DNA from: Mobula hypostoma
Taxonomy: Eukaryota
Assembly (NCBI RefSeq): GCF_963921235.1
Contig: NC_086109.1
Coordinates: 35,900,001-35,964,000 of the forward strand
DNA: 64,000 nt
Direction of reading: 5' to 3'
The position numbers were made by a program, and so were the translations under genes. Shown here piece by piece: positions 62,200-64,000 of the stretch (positions are counted from its first letter, which is position 1; every line of letters begins with the position of its first letter). The notes beneath the pieces were generated by a model. That model worked only from the letters and a program-made list of their open reading frames with translations. It was not told the DNA's origin and did not search any database.

Positions 62200-64000
62200 A
62201 TTTTCTTTTTTTTTTAATTTTATTTTTATTTGGATAAGGAATTCACAATTATCATGTACTTTTTTCACACATATAACCTTTTCCATTTTTTTATATGTAT
62301 AAAACTACAATTATTTATACATTCTTAAGTACACATTGAGATGATATAAAAGGAAAATAAACATTTAAATAGATAATTATGTACTGTGGTAAATCTAACC
62401 TATTAGGCTAAGTAATGAAATTAGTTGTTAAGAAAAATGTTAATAATAGTTTCCATACAACCCTTCTGGACCATTTCCACTGGTCCAAAATGTTGCATAC
62501 AAGCCTATATACCAACCATTGTAGGTGTTTATATCCCAATTTGTTCGTGCTTGTTCCTGCCCGCAGACATAATTATCCAATCCCTATGTACTTATTTACT
62601 TAATTTTTTCATTTTTTTTTATCCCTTTCCCAAATCTTTCCCTTTACTTGTGTTAATTCTCTATTTTCCAAAAAAAAACAAACATTTAGACTAGGGGTGC
62701 TTACATTAGCAATATTACTGTGTTGATGAGAAGAGCAATATAAATCATTAGGAGAGTCATCTAAAGTCTGCTCGCATTGGGGTTATATATTCAATCCATT
62801 TATTCCAAATTTGATAAAATGTTTCTTTTTGAGTTCTCAGGGAGTAAGTCAACTTTTCCATTTTAAATATTTCCAAGATAATTTCGTACCAATCTTCTAA
62901 TGTAGGTGGTATTGGATTTAGCCATTTTCTAGTGATTGATTTCTTACTTGCCGCTAAGAGGGCCTGCAGCAACTTTATATCTTCCTTCTGTTCAAGGAAT
63001 AATACATGCCCCAAATAGAGCGTCTCAAAGTTCAGAGGTATCTGGGACCTAAGTACCTTAACTAATATTCTATGAATACCTTCCCAAAATAGACTTAATT
63101 TAGGGCAATCCCAGAAAATATGAAAATGATTTGCCTCCTTGGAGCCGCACCTTCTCCAACACATCACATTTGTATCTTTATATTTTTCCTGATATGGGGT
63201 CTTGAAGTATCTTATAATGTTTTTCCAACAATGTTCTCTCCAAGTCAAAGAATTAGTCGAGGACCATTGAAAGCTGCAGATTTTCCCCCAAGCCTCCTCT
63301 GAAAGTACCAACCCCGCTTCTTTCTCCCACTTCTCTTTAATATACAGTGTATTTACATTTTTAGCATGGGAGAGTGCATTATATAGGCGAGAAACTGATT
63401 TGCTAGGTATTGAACTGCAAGCCGAATTCAGAATCTTGAAAAATTCTAATTCTACTGTTGATAGGTCTGTATATCTACAACTCTGGTTAACATAGTTTCG
63501 TATTTGAAGGTACCTAAAAAAGTCATTATGTTCTAGGCCATGTTTGTCCTGCAGGATTTGGAAACTTTGTAATACTCTTTTATCTATAAATGAGAGGTAG
63601 GTTGTAAGACCTTTCTTTATCCATAGCTCAAATCTTTTATCTCCTCTGTTGGGAAGGAATTCGGTATCATATGCACACCATCTAAAGAGTTTTAACATGT
63701 TATTAATTCCACATGAATTAACCATCTTCTGCCATACTTTTAATGTAAGATTTATCCAAACATTATTAAATTTTTCCAACTGGGCCATCAATCCTTTGTC
63801 AGCTATTGAGGCCTGAAGAGGAAAACTGTCAACTAATCCAAATTCTATTTCCTTCCATCTAGCCTTATATTCCCTATTACACCAATATAACAGAGGGGTT
63901 ATCTGTGAGGCATAAAAATAATTTCTCAGGCAAGGAAGAACCATACCTCCTCCTTCCTTCCCTAACTGTAAGGTGTTATATCAAATTCTAGGTTTCCTTC
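62200..64000 (-). mobile_element. L1/Tx1-clade LINE 3' part, runs off the window
   Basis: 395-aa ORF 62757-63944 with GGM.LP.L..Y..A and CWRRCG...HFHIFWDCPKL; ~550-nt 3' UTR; AATAAA and poly-A on minus at ~62200-62232; in-frame TGA at 63981-63983. Confidence 0.93.

Noticed and set aside
1..64000. CRISPR array, operon or prokaryotic defence system
   Set aside because: No regularly spaced repeat-spacer array or gene-dense organisation; the sequence is eukaryotic repeat-rich DNA.

Overview
Repeat-dense, AT-rich vertebrate genomic DNA, most likely from a cartilaginous fish (shark or ray, inferred from HE1/V-SINE-type SINEs and the CR1 lineage). It looks intronic or intergenic. I could not confidently identify any host gene exon, and every long ORF derives from a retroelement. 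The window holds two large Penelope-like (RT + GIY-YIG) insertions, many CR1 and Rex1/Babar LINE copies, two L1/Tx1-type 3' ends, an RTE fragment, three related solo LTRs, a deleted Tc1 element, several tRNA-derived SINE families and a (GT)24 microsatellite. Several insertions are nested and have readable target-site duplications (TSDs). The main signals are: (i) minimal type-I hammerhead ribozyme motifs in the Penelope terminal repeats, in two distinct families, one copy with an intact core; (ii) a ~220-bp palindromic 'ends-only' Penelope derivative with the same asymmetric architecture as the 3.2-kb element; (iii) a 3.6-kb composite insertion (duplicated Penelope 5' pieces + unique DNA + Rex1 fragment + Penelope) bounded by one 10-bp direct repeat. 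Family assignments come from motif recognition by eye, not database searches. Most boundaries without a TSD are approximate.
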